In this document: positions 13,846 through 22,197 of the stretch, in pieces
Layout of the letters: every line of letters begins with the position of its first letter
Position numbering within the stretch: position 1 is the first letter of the stretch
Source of the DNA: an uncultured Gemmatimonadales bacterium
GTDB taxonomy: Bacteria > Gemmatimonadota > Gemmatimonadetes > Longimicrobiales > RSA9
Assembly (NCBI GenBank): GCA_963816355.1
Contig: CAWFKH010000001.1
Span: forward strand, 512,001-576,000
Reading direction: 5' to 3'
DNA length: 64,000 nt
Made by a program: the position numbers and the translations under genes
The notes under the pieces: generated by a model
What the model was told of the DNA's origin: nothing
Seen by the model: only the letters and a program-made list of their open reading frames with translations
The model's database searches: none

Positions 13846-14937
13846 GTGAGCGGCGTCGGCGTGAGGACGGTGACGGACGCCCCGCTGCCGCCGGCGAAGG
13901 GCGACAGCGATACGGGCGGCCGCACGCCGCGCGACGTGCCGGCGCCCGACGACGCCCTGCTCGTCGTGCGCGGCCTGGTGAAGCACTTCCCGATCACGGC
14001 CGGGCTGCTGCGGCGGACGGTCGGCGCGGTGCGCGCGGTGGACGGCGTCGATTTCTGGATCCGCGCGGGGGAGACGCTCGGCCTGGTGGGCGAGTCCGGC
14101 TCAGGCAAGACGACGACCGGCCGCACGCTGCTGCGTCTCATCGAGCCGACGGCGGGGGAGGCGGTCTTCGACGGGCGCGACATCTTCCGCATGGAGGCGG
14201 ACGAGCTGCGCGCGCTGCGGCGCCGGGCGCAGATCGTCTTCCAGGACCCGTTCGGTTCCCTGAATCCGCGACTGACGGTCGCGGACACGCTGCGCGAGGT
14301 GCTGAAGGTGCACGGTCTTGCGCGCGCCGACCGCGGCGGGCGGGTCAGCGAGCTGCTGCGGCTGGTGGGGCTTTCGGAGGCGCAGGCGGACCGCTATCCG
14401 CACGAGTTCAGCGGTGGCCAGCGCCAGCGGATCGGGATCGCGCGGGCGCTCGCGGTCGAGCCGCGGCTGATCGTGTGCGACGAACCGGTCTCGGCGCTGG
14501 ACGTATCGGTGCAGGCGCAGGTGTTGAATCTGCTCGCGGATCTGCAGCGGCGGCTCGGGATCGCCTACCTGTTCATCGCGCACGACCTGAGCGTGGTCGA
14601 GCACGTGAGCGACCGCATCGCGGTGATGTACCTGGGCCGGATCGTCGAGATCGGCGCGTCGGCGGACGTCTACGCCCGGCCTCGCCATCCGTACACGCGC
14701 GCGCTGCTCAGCGCCGTGCCAGTGCCGGAGCCGGAGCGCAGGCGGGAGCGGATCGTGCTGCCCGGCGACGTGCCGAGCCCCGCCTCCCCCCCGGCGGGCT
14801 GCCCCTTCCACCCGCGCTGCCCGCACCCCCTCAAGGACGCCGATTGCGCCCGCATCGTGCCCCCCCTCGCCGAGAAGGAGCCCGGCCACTTCGCGGCGTG
14901 CATCAAGGAGCCGCACCATGCGCCGGAACGTTCTTGA
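13846..14937 (+). CDS. Peptide ABC transporter ATP-binding protein (OppF-like)
   Basis: [33 protein letters not shown]; start uncertain (13846 or 13870). Confidence 0.93.
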   Translation: MSGVGVRTVTDAPLPPAKGDSDTGGRTPRDVPAPDDALLVVRGLVKHFPITAGLLRRTVGAVRAVDGVDFWIRAGETLGLVGESGSGKTTTGRTLLRLIEPTAGEAVFDGRDIFRMEADELRALRRRAQIVFQDPFGSLNPRLTVADTLREVLKVHGLARADRGGRVSELLRLVGLSEAQADRYPHEFSGGQRQRIGIARALAVEPRLIVCDEPVSALDVSVQAQVLNLLADLQRRLGIAYLFIAHDLSVVEHVSDRIAVMYLGRIVEIGASADVYARPRHPYTRALLSAVPVPEPERRRERIVLPGDVPSPASPPAGCPFHPRCPHPLKDADCARIVPPLAEKEPGHFAACIKEPHHAPERS

Positions 14938-14962
14938 CACCTCCCGAACCTCCGCCTATGTT
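14934..14962 (+). promoter_or_regulatory. Sigma70 promoter for exbB
   Basis: TTGACA-N17-TATGTT. Confidence 0.75.
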
Positions 14963-15045
14963 CGGCGACTCGATGCCTGGATCAGGCTCGTCGTCGAACC
15001 GCGGCGGAACGAACGCGGCCGCAATACCCACCCGTGGAGGTCACG

Positions 15046-15741
15046 TTGACTGCACTCGGTAACTTCGCCCTTGCGCTCCTCCAGCTGCCGGGCGTGAACG
15101 CGCCGGACCTGACGTTCTCGCAGTGGGCCGTCCAGATGTGGAATGACGGCGGGTGGATGATGTGGCCGCTCGGTGCCTGCGCCGTGGCCGGTCTCATCAT
15201 CATCGTCTGGAAGCTCGTCGACCTGACGGTGACCTCCGGACGCACGCGCCGCGTGCTGCGCGAGGTCGACTCCCGCCTGATCGAGCGCGACATCGACGGC
15301 GCGCTGGAGGCCGCTCGCGGCTCCAAGACGCCGGCCGGCCGCATCATCACCGCCGGTCTCGAGCGCCGCCACGAGGGCACGGAGCGGGTGATGAAGGCGA
15401 TCGAGAACGTCGGCCTGATCGAGATGGCCCATCTCGAGGGCGGCCTCGTCTGGCTCGCGACGCTCTCGAACGTGGCGCCGCTGCTCGGCTTCCTCGGTAC
15501 CGTGATCGGCATGATCCAGGCGTTCCAGTCGATCGAGGCGGCCGGCGAGGTGGAGGCGACCATCGTCGCCGGCGGCATCAAGGTGGCCCTGATCACCACC
15601 GCCGCGGGCCTAACCATCGCGATCCCGATCAACATCGCGCACAACTACTTCGTGACCCGCATCGACCGCCTCGTCATCGACATGGAGGAGACGGCGCAGA
15701 AGATGGTCGACGCGCTCCACGAGATGGAGGCGCACGCGTAG
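15046..15741 (+). CDS. MotA/TolQ/ExbB proton channel family protein
   Basis: GGWMMWPL, LATLSNVAPLLGFLGTVIGMI, GGIKVALITTAAGL; TTG start after GGAGG. Confidence 0.92.
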   Translation: MTALGNFALALLQLPGVNAPDLTFSQWAVQMWNDGGWMMWPLGACAVAGLIIIVWKLVDLTVTSGRTRRVLREVDSRLIERDIDGALEAARGSKTPAGRIITAGLERRHEGTERVMKAIENVGLIEMAHLEGGLVWLATLSNVAPLLGFLGTVIGMIQAFQSIEAAGEVEATIVAGGIKVALITTAAGLTIAIPINIAHNYFVTRIDRLVIDMEETAQKMVDALHEMEAHA

Positions 15742-15769
15742 GACCACCGGCCGCGTTCCGCCGCCGCCG

Positions 15770-15808
15770 ACAGGGCCGCCTCCGCGAGGGGGGCGGCCCT
15801 GTTTCATT
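15770..15808 (+). terminator. Intrinsic terminator after exbB
   Basis: ACAGGGCCGCC / GGCGGCCCTGT stem followed by TTCATT. Confidence 0.75.
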
Positions 15809-15959
15809 GTATGAGCACGCCGGCCTGTGGACCCCCGGCGCGCGCGCCCGGACCCTTCCTTGCAGCCGGTCGCGGCGTGGCCGCCCGGCTCGCGGCCGGA
15901 CCCGGCGGAGACGCCGGGTGTAGTGCAACGACACTCCCCTTCCCGCAGCCACGCGGCCG

Positions 15960-18332
15960 ATGCGACCGAGACACATCGCGCTTCTCCTCCTGTTCATCGC
16001 GGCGATCGTGGTGCCGGGCCTGCTGCGCAGGAGCGAACCCGCCGCCGCCTCGCCGCCGCCCCCCCCGCCGCCCGTCCCGGAAGAGGCGCTCGCCGCGCTG
16101 CGGCTGGGCCGCTACTGGCGTGCGAGCCGCATCCTCCAGGGATACCTCGCCGCGACGCCGGACTCCACGCCGGAGTCGGTGCTGCTCACCGCCCGCGCGG
16201 AAGCGGGCTGGGGCGGCTGGCCCGAGGTCGAGAAGCTGCTGCGGGGTCGTCGCTGGCTCGATAGCGCGGACGCCGGCCGCGGCTGGGCGCTTCTCGGCCG
16301 CAGCCACTACGAGCAGCGGGAATGGTCCGCCAGCGGCGACGCCTACGGCCGCTTCCTGCGCGTAGCCTCCGACGCGGGCGGCCACGAGCGCGGCCTCGCC
16401 GCGCTGCGCCGCGCCATCGCGCTGGCCCACGACGACCGCGAGCCCGCCTCCCTCGCCCTCTTCGACTCCGCCCGCGCGGCGCTGCCGCAGATCGACGACT
16501 GGATCGAGTACTACGCCGCGCGGGCCGCCGCGCAGGCGGGCGACACCGCCGCGGTCGAGCGGCGCCTGGCCGGCGTCGGCGCGGATCTGGCCGACCGCTT
16601 CGGCTGGAAGCTCCGCCTGGACGCCCTCGAACGCGCCGGCGACCCCGCCGCCGCGCTCGCCGCCGCCGAGGCCGCCACGATCCGCCTGCACGATCCCGCG
16701 GCGCGCGCGAGCGCCTTCGTCCGCGTCGGCGACCTCCGCCTCGCCGCGGGCGACGCCGCGGCCGCCACCGCGGCATACCGTCGCGCGATGAGCGACGCCG
16801 GATCGCTCGCCGCCATCGACGGCGCGCGCAAGCTGTCCGAGCTGCCGCACCTCACGCCCGACGACCAGCTCGCGATCGGCCGCCTCTACCTGCGACACGG
16901 CAACGCGGAGCGCGGCATCCGCGGCGTGCTCGCCTACCTCGCCGCCGCTCGCGGCTCCGCGCTCGAGCGCACGCGCCTGCGCTACGACGTCGCCCGCGCC
17001 TACTTCAACGCCGGCCGCTACCGTGACGCCGAGCGGCGCGCGATCGAGCTCGCCGATCAGCGCGTCGATCCCGCCATCGCCGCCAGCGCCCTGTACCTCG
17101 CCGGCCGCGCACAGTACCGCCAGGGAAAGGTCTCCCAGTCCCTCGCCACCTTCCGCCGCACCGCCAGCCGATTCCCCGACCAGGACGCCGCGACACGCGC
17201 CCTCTTCCTCGTCGCCGACCTCCGCCACGACGCCGGCGACACCGCCACCGCCCGCGAATACTACCGGCGCGCCATCGACTCCGATGCAGCCGCCGACGAC
17301 GCCGGCCTCGCCGTCATGCGCCTCGCCGACCTCGCCATCGTCGACGACGACTACGCCGCCGCCGCTCGACTCTTCGACGGCTACCGCGAGCGCTTCCCCG
17401 ACGGCCGCCGCATCCAGCAGGCGACCTACTGGGCCGCGCGCGCCTATCAGCGCCTCGGCGAGGACTCGCTCGCCCTCCAACGACTCGAACAGACGTGGCG
17501 GCGCGACCCCTTCTCCTACTACGGTTTCCGCGCCGGTCAGCAGATCGGCCGCGGCTTCGAGGACGCCCGCCTCCGCCCGGCACCGCAGACCACCGACTCC
17601 GCCCGCTCCCTCGTCGACGCCGCCCTCGTGCGCCTCGACCTGCTGCGTGAGCTCGGCGACGACGCCGCCGCGAGCACCGAGGTCGATCTCATGCGCGACC
17701 GCTTCCGTCACGTCGCCGGCACCGACTACCCGCTCGCCGAGGCGCTCGACGCCCGCGGCTTCACCGCCACCGGGATCCGCATCGGCTGGAGCATCTTCGA
17801 CCGCGAGGGCGCCTGGAATCCACGCCTGCTTCGCATCGTCTTCCCCTTCCCCTTCCGCCGCCTCGTCCTCGCCGAGGCCGACGACCGCGGTATCGATCCC
17901 TTCCTCCTCGCCGGCCTCATCCGGCAGGAGTCCAGCTTCGACGCCCCCGTCGTCAGCGGCGCTGGCGCCATCGGCCTCATGCAGGTCGTCCCCGCCACCG
18001 GGCGGATCCTCGCCCGCGCCGAGGATGTGCCCGACTTCCGCCCTCCCATGCTGAAGCAGCCGGAGATCAACCTCCACCTCGGCACCCGCTACCTGAAGGA
18101 CCTGCTCGACCAGTACGACGGCCGCATCCCCGCCGTCCTCGCCGCCTACAACGCCGGCCCCAGCCGCGTCGAGCGCTGGCGCGGCTTCCCCGAATGGAGC
18201 CGCGGCGAGCTCTTCACTGAAAGAATTCCGTATACCGAAACCCGTGACTACGTCAAGATCGTCCAGCGCAACGTCGCGCTCTATCGCGTCCTCTATGGCG
18301 ACTCCATCCCCTCCGCGGCGCCTTCCGACTAG
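15960..18332 (+). CDS. Soluble lytic murein transglycosylase (Slt70-like) with TPR repeats
   Basis: N-terminal signal/anchor, helical repeats, C-terminal IRQESSF, SGAGAIGLMQV, AAYNAGP, IPYTETRDYV. Confidence 0.92.
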   Translation: MRPRHIALLLLFIAAIVVPGLLRRSEPAAASPPPPPPPVPEEALAALRLGRYWRASRILQGYLAATPDSTPESVLLTARAEAGWGGWPEVEKLLRGRRWLDSADAGRGWALLGRSHYEQREWSASGDAYGRFLRVASDAGGHERGLAALRRAIALAHDDREPASLALFDSARAALPQIDDWIEYYAARAAAQAGDTAAVERRLAGVGADLADRFGWKLRLDALERAGDPAAALAAAEAATIRLHDPAARASAFVRVGDLRLAAGDAAAATAAYRRAMSDAGSLAAIDGARKLSELPHLTPDDQLAIGRLYLRHGNAERGIRGVLAYLAAARGSALERTRLRYDVARAYFNAGRYRDAERRAIELADQRVDPAIAASALYLAGRAQYRQGKVSQSLATFRRTASRFPDQDAATRALFLVADLRHDAGDTATAREYYRRAIDSDAAADDAGLAVMRLADLAIVDDDYAAAARLFDGYRERFPDGRRIQQATYWAARAYQRLGEDSLALQRLEQTWRRDPFSYYGFRAGQQIGRGFEDARLRPAPQTTDSARSLVDAALVRLDLLRELGDDAAASTEVDLMRDRFRHVAGTDYPLAEALDARGFTATGIRIGWSIFDREGAWNPRLLRIVFPFPFRRLVLAEADDRGIDPFLLAGLIRQESSFDAPVVSGAGAIGLMQVVPATGRILARAEDVPDFRPPMLKQPEINLHLGTRYLKDLLDQYDGRIPAVLAAYNAGPSRVERWRGFPEWSRGELFTERIPYTETRDYVKIVQRNVALYRVLYGDSIPSAAPSD

Positions 18333-18427
18333 CAGAAATTCGTTATTCATCCTGCGCCCGCGTCGTAGAAAATGGCGCGGCTGTGCGGCGGGAGCGGCAT
18401 TGCCCCTGCCGGTAAACAAGATTTTGC

Positions 18428-18457
18428 TTGACACCCCTCCGAACCGCCGCCTAGCTT
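18428..18457 (+). promoter_or_regulatory. Sigma70 promoter for csp
   Basis: TTGACA-N18-TAGCTT with an AT-rich upstream tract. Confidence 0.7.
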
Positions 18458-18527
18458 GGATCTCCATTCACTCTCGGAGCCCTTTGTCGCGCCGGGATCC
18501 CCACGTTTCATCGGAGAGTGCGCTGCG

Positions 18528-18731
18528 ATGCCCAGAGGTCGAATCAAGTGGTTCAATGACGCCAAGGGATACGGCTTCATTGAGCAGCCCGAGGGAGGCG
18601 AGGACGTATTCGTCCATTTTTCGGCGATCCAGATGGACGGGTACAAGACGCTCGCGGAAGGGCAGGAGGTCGAGTTCGAGGTGAAGCAGACGGACAAAGG
18701 TCTGCAGGCGGCGAACGTGTCGCGCGTCTGA
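18528..18731 (+). CDS. Cold-shock domain protein (CspA family)
   Basis: [12 protein letters not shown] (RNP1), DVFVHFSAI (RNP2), GYKTLAEGQ. Confidence 0.96.
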   Translation: MPRGRIKWFNDAKGYGFIEQPEGGEDVFVHFSAIQMDGYKTLAEGQEVEFEVKQTDKGLQAANVSRV

Positions 18732-18750
18732 GCGCGCGGGTTCGGACGGA

Positions 18751-18792
18751 GCGCGACGCCCCGCCGGTGGAATCGCCGGCGGGGCGTCGCGC
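18751..18792 (+). terminator. Strong hairpin after csp (terminator or mRNA stabiliser)
   Basis: 17-bp perfect stem GCGCGACGCCCCGCCGG / CCGGCGGGGCGTCGCGC; no U-tract. Confidence 0.55.
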
Positions 18793-18872
18793 ATCCGGGC
18801 GTTCGGGGAGCAGGTGTGGGGGGTGCGGGGTAGAGGGGGCGGAGCGAGCGGATTCCTCGACAAGACAACCGG

Positions 18873-21620
18873 ATGGTCGACAAGCCCGAGAAGACGCACC
18901 CGCGTCTCTTCCTGATCGACGGGTACGCCCTGATCTACCGCGCGTTCTTCGCGATGATCAGCCGGCCGCTGCTGACGTCGCGTGGCGAGAACACGTCGGC
19001 GGTGTTCGGCTTCACGCGATTCCTGATGAAGATCCTGGAGGAGCACGAGCCGGACTATCTGGGGGTGGTGATGGACGCCGGGACGAGCCAGCGGGAGCAG
19101 GCGTACCCGGCGTACAAGGCGACGCGGCAGAAGATGCCGGACGAGCTGCGGGCGTCGCTGCCGCGGGTGCGCCAGGTGCTGGCGGGCTTCCGGGTGCCGG
19201 TGCTGGAGCTGGCGGACACGGAGGCGGACGACGTGATCGGGACGCTGGCGACGCGTGCGGCGGCGTCGCAAGTGGAGGCGGTGATCGTCTCGGGCGACAA
19301 GGATTTCTACCAGTTGATCGGGGACCGGATCTGTCTGTTGAATCCGGGGCGGGGCGGCGCGGCGGGGGTGGAAGAGGAGTGGGTGGACGCTCGCAACGCG
19401 TCGGATCGGCTGGGCGTGGTGCCGGAGCGGGTGATCGACTACCTGGCGCTGATCGGGGACAGCTCGGACAACATTCCGGGCGCGAAGGGGATCGGTCCGA
19501 AGACGGCGGTGCAGCTCATCGAGCGCTACGGCGACCTGGACGGCATCCTGGCGCACGTCGAGGAGATCGGGGGGAAGCGGGCGCGGGAGGCGCTGCAGGA
19601 GCACCGGGAGGAGGTGCTGCTGTCGCGCGATCTGGTGACGATCCAGCGCGACCTCCCGATCGCGCTGGATCTGGAGGCGCTGCGCATCGAGGAGCCGGAC
19701 CGGGACGCGCTGCGAGAGGCGTTCCTGGAGCTGGAGTTCCATTCGCTGGTGCGTCAGTTCGCCGCCGAAGCGGAGGCGACCGAAGCGCTGGAGGCGGAGT
19801 ACCGCACGGCGGCGGACGCGGCGACGGTGCAGGAGGTGGTGCGTCGAGCGCGCGCGGGCGGTCGGATCGCGGTGACGGTCGAGGCGACGTCGCAGGATCC
19901 GCTTCGCGGCGAGGTCGTCGGGATCGGCGTGGCGACGGCCCCGGGCGTCGCGCACTACCTGCCGCTGGGCCATCACCGCACGGGCGAGCTGGCGTTGGGC
20001 GACGGGCCGTCGAACCTGCCGCCGCTCGGAGCGGACGCGATGCGGCCGCTGGTGGAGCTGCTCGCGGACGACGCGGTGGAGAAGGTGGGCCACGACCTGA
20101 AGCGCCACCTGCTCGTGCTGCGGCGCGCGGGAGTGGAGCTGCGCGGGCTCGCGTTCGACACGATGATCGCGTCGTATCTGATCGACCCCGGCCGGCGCGA
20201 TCACGCGCTCGATTCACTGTCGCTGCAGCACCTGAAGCATCGGGCGGCGACGAGGCGGGACGTGTGCGGCGGCGGCAGGAGCGAAGTCCCGCTCGCCGAA
20301 TGCGACGTCGGGCGCGTGACGCGGTACGCGGGCGAGCAGGCGGACGTCGCGCTGCGGCTGGCGGAGATCTTCGCCGGCGAGCTGGAGCTTCAGGCGCTCA
20401 CGCCGCTCTTCCGCACGATGGAGCTGCCGCTGCTCGGTGTGCTTGCCGACATGGAGCAGGTGGGGATCCGCATCGACCGCGACTTCTTCGCGGTCATGGC
20501 GGGCAAGCTCGAGCGTGACCTGCGCCTGATCCAGGAGGAGATCTGGAAGGAGGCGGGGACGGAATTCAACATCAACTCGACGCCGCAGCTCCGCGAGATC
20601 CTCTTCGAGCGGCTCGAGCTGCCGGTGAAGAAGCGCACCAAGACGGGGCCGTCCACGGACGCGACTGTGCTCGAGGAGCTGGCGGCCGAGGGGCACCGGC
20701 TGCCGCAGCTGCTGATGGAGTTTCGGCAGGTCGACAAGCTGAAGGGGACCTACGTCGACGCACTGCCGTTGCTGGTGCATCCGGAGACCGGCCGCATCCA
20801 CACCAGCTTCAACCAGACCGTGGCGGCGACCGGCCGGCTCTCCTCCAGCGACCCGAACCTGCAGAACATTCCGATCCGCACCGAGATGGGGGCGGAGATC
20901 CGCAAGGGCTTCGTTCCCGACGACGGATTCGTCTTCCTCTCCGCCGACTACTCGCAGATCGAGCTGCGCGTGCTCGCGCACCTCTCGGGGGAGCCGGGGC
21001 TCGCGGAAGCGTTCCGGCGCAAGGTGGACATCCACCGCCAGACCGCGTCGCTCGTCTTCGACGTCCCGATCGACCACGTCGACGCACGCATGCGCAACGC
21101 GGCGAAGACGATCAACTTCGCGACGATCTACGGCATCGGCCCTTACATGCTGTCGAAGCAGCTCGGCACCGCGGTGTCCGAGGCGAAGGAGTTCATCGAG
21201 GCGTATTTCCGGCGCTTGCCGGGCGTGCGCGCCTACCTCGACCGCCAGATCGAGCTGGCGCGCGAGCGCGGCTACGTCGAGACCCTGAGCGGACGCCGCC
21301 GCTACATCCCGGAAGCGCGGAGCCGGAACTACAACATCCGTCAGTTCGGCGAACGCGCCGCGACCAACGCGCCCGTGCAGGGATCGGCGGCGGACATCAT
21401 CAAGCTGGCGATGATTTCGATCGCGCACGCGTTTCGCGAGGAGGCGGCGGGCGCGCGCATGCTGCTGCAGGTCCACGACGAGCTGGTGTTCGAGGTGCCG
21501 ACGGGCGAGGTGGAAGCGACGCGCGAGCTGGTGCGCGGCCGCATGGAGTCCGCGATGCCGCTCGACGTTCCGCTCGAGGTCAGCCTCGGCGTCGGCGCGA
21601 ACTGGTTGGAGTGCAAATAG
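18873..21620 (+). CDS. polA: DNA polymerase I
   Basis: 5'-3' exonuclease LIDG..IYRAF, EADDVIG, GDSSDNIPG; polymerase motifs ADYSQIELR, KTINFATIYG, LQVHDEL. Confidence 0.98.
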   Translation: MVDKPEKTHPRLFLIDGYALIYRAFFAMISRPLLTSRGENTSAVFGFTRFLMKILEEHEPDYLGVVMDAGTSQREQAYPAYKATRQKMPDELRASLPRVRQVLAGFRVPVLELADTEADDVIGTLATRAAASQVEAVIVSGDKDFYQLIGDRICLLNPGRGGAAGVEEEWVDARNASDRLGVVPERVIDYLALIGDSSDNIPGAKGIGPKTAVQLIERYGDLDGILAHVEEIGGKRAREALQEHREEVLLSRDLVTIQRDLPIALDLEALRIEEPDRDALREAFLELEFHSLVRQFAAEAEATEALEAEYRTAADAATVQEVVRRARAGGRIAVTVEATSQDPLRGEVVGIGVATAPGVAHYLPLGHHRTGELALGDGPSNLPPLGADAMRPLVELLADDAVEKVGHDLKRHLLVLRRAGVELRGLAFDTMIASYLIDPGRRDHALDSLSLQHLKHRAATRRDVCGGGRSEVPLAECDVGRVTRYAGEQADVALRLAEIFAGELELQALTPLFRTMELPLLGVLADMEQVGIRIDRDFFAVMAGKLERDLRLIQEEIWKEAGTEFNINSTPQLREILFERLELPVKKRTKTGPSTDATVLEELAAEGHRLPQLLMEFRQVDKLKGTYVDALPLLVHPETGRIHTSFNQTVAATGRLSSSDPNLQNIPIRTEMGAEIRKGFVPDDGFVFLSADYSQIELRVLAHLSGEPGLAEAFRRKVDIHRQTASLVFDVPIDHVDARMRNAAKTINFATIYGIGPYMLSKQLGTAVSEAKEFIEAYFRRLPGVRAYLDRQIELARERGYVETLSGRRRYIPEARSRNYNIRQFGERAATNAPVQGSAADIIKLAMISIAHAFREEAAGARMLLQVHDELVFEVPTGEVEATRELVRGRMESAMPLDVPLEVSLGVGANWLECK

Positions 21621-21755
21621 CCGGGTAGGCGGCGCGTCGGCGATCGGAGGAGGACCGCCGCGCCCGCATCGACCCGATCCGCGTCCCGTCCTCCTATTCG
21701 ATCCCGCCCCCACCCGCGGCACCTTTGCATCGAACCCCAACCAGGGAGGCGTGCA

Positions 21756-22184
21756 ATGGGCCGTTCCGTGAACAAGGTGATCCTCGTGGGCAACGTGGGC
21801 CGTGACCCGGACGTGCAGACGACGGCGAACGGCGTCAAGGTGGCGCATCTCTCGCTCGCGACCAGCCGCCGCATCCCGCGCGGCGGCCGCGTCGAGGAGC
21901 GCACCGAGTGGCATCGGCTGACGCTGTGGGACCGCCTCGCCGGGATCGCCGCGGACCACGTCCGCAAGGGAGACCGGCTCTACGTCGAGGGGCGCATGGA
22001 GTACGACTCCTTCGAGCGCAACGGCATCACCATCCCGACCGCCGAGGTCCAGGTTCGTGAGTTCGTGATGCTGGGTGGACCGCGCTCGAACGGCGCCAAC
22101 GGCGCGAGCGCGGCGGTGGACGCGGCGGAGGAAGCGGACACGGAGGAGGCGCTCGAGGCGGAGCTGGAGGTGGAGGAAGTCTGA
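21756..22184 (+). CDS. ssb: Single-stranded DNA-binding protein
   Basis: SVNKVILVGNVGRDP, ERTEWHR, KGDRLYVEGR; GGAGG RBS. Confidence 0.93.
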   Translation: MGRSVNKVILVGNVGRDPDVQTTANGVKVAHLSLATSRRIPRGGRVEERTEWHRLTLWDRLAGIAADHVRKGDRLYVEGRMEYDSFERNGITIPTAEVQVREFVMLGGPRSNGANGASAAVDAAEEADTEEALEAELEVEEV

Positions 22185-22197
22185 CGCCGCGCCGCTT

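Noticed and set aside
21717..21730. GGCACCTTTGCA upstream of ssb as a sigma54 promoter
   Set aside because: Only 7 nt between GG and GC.
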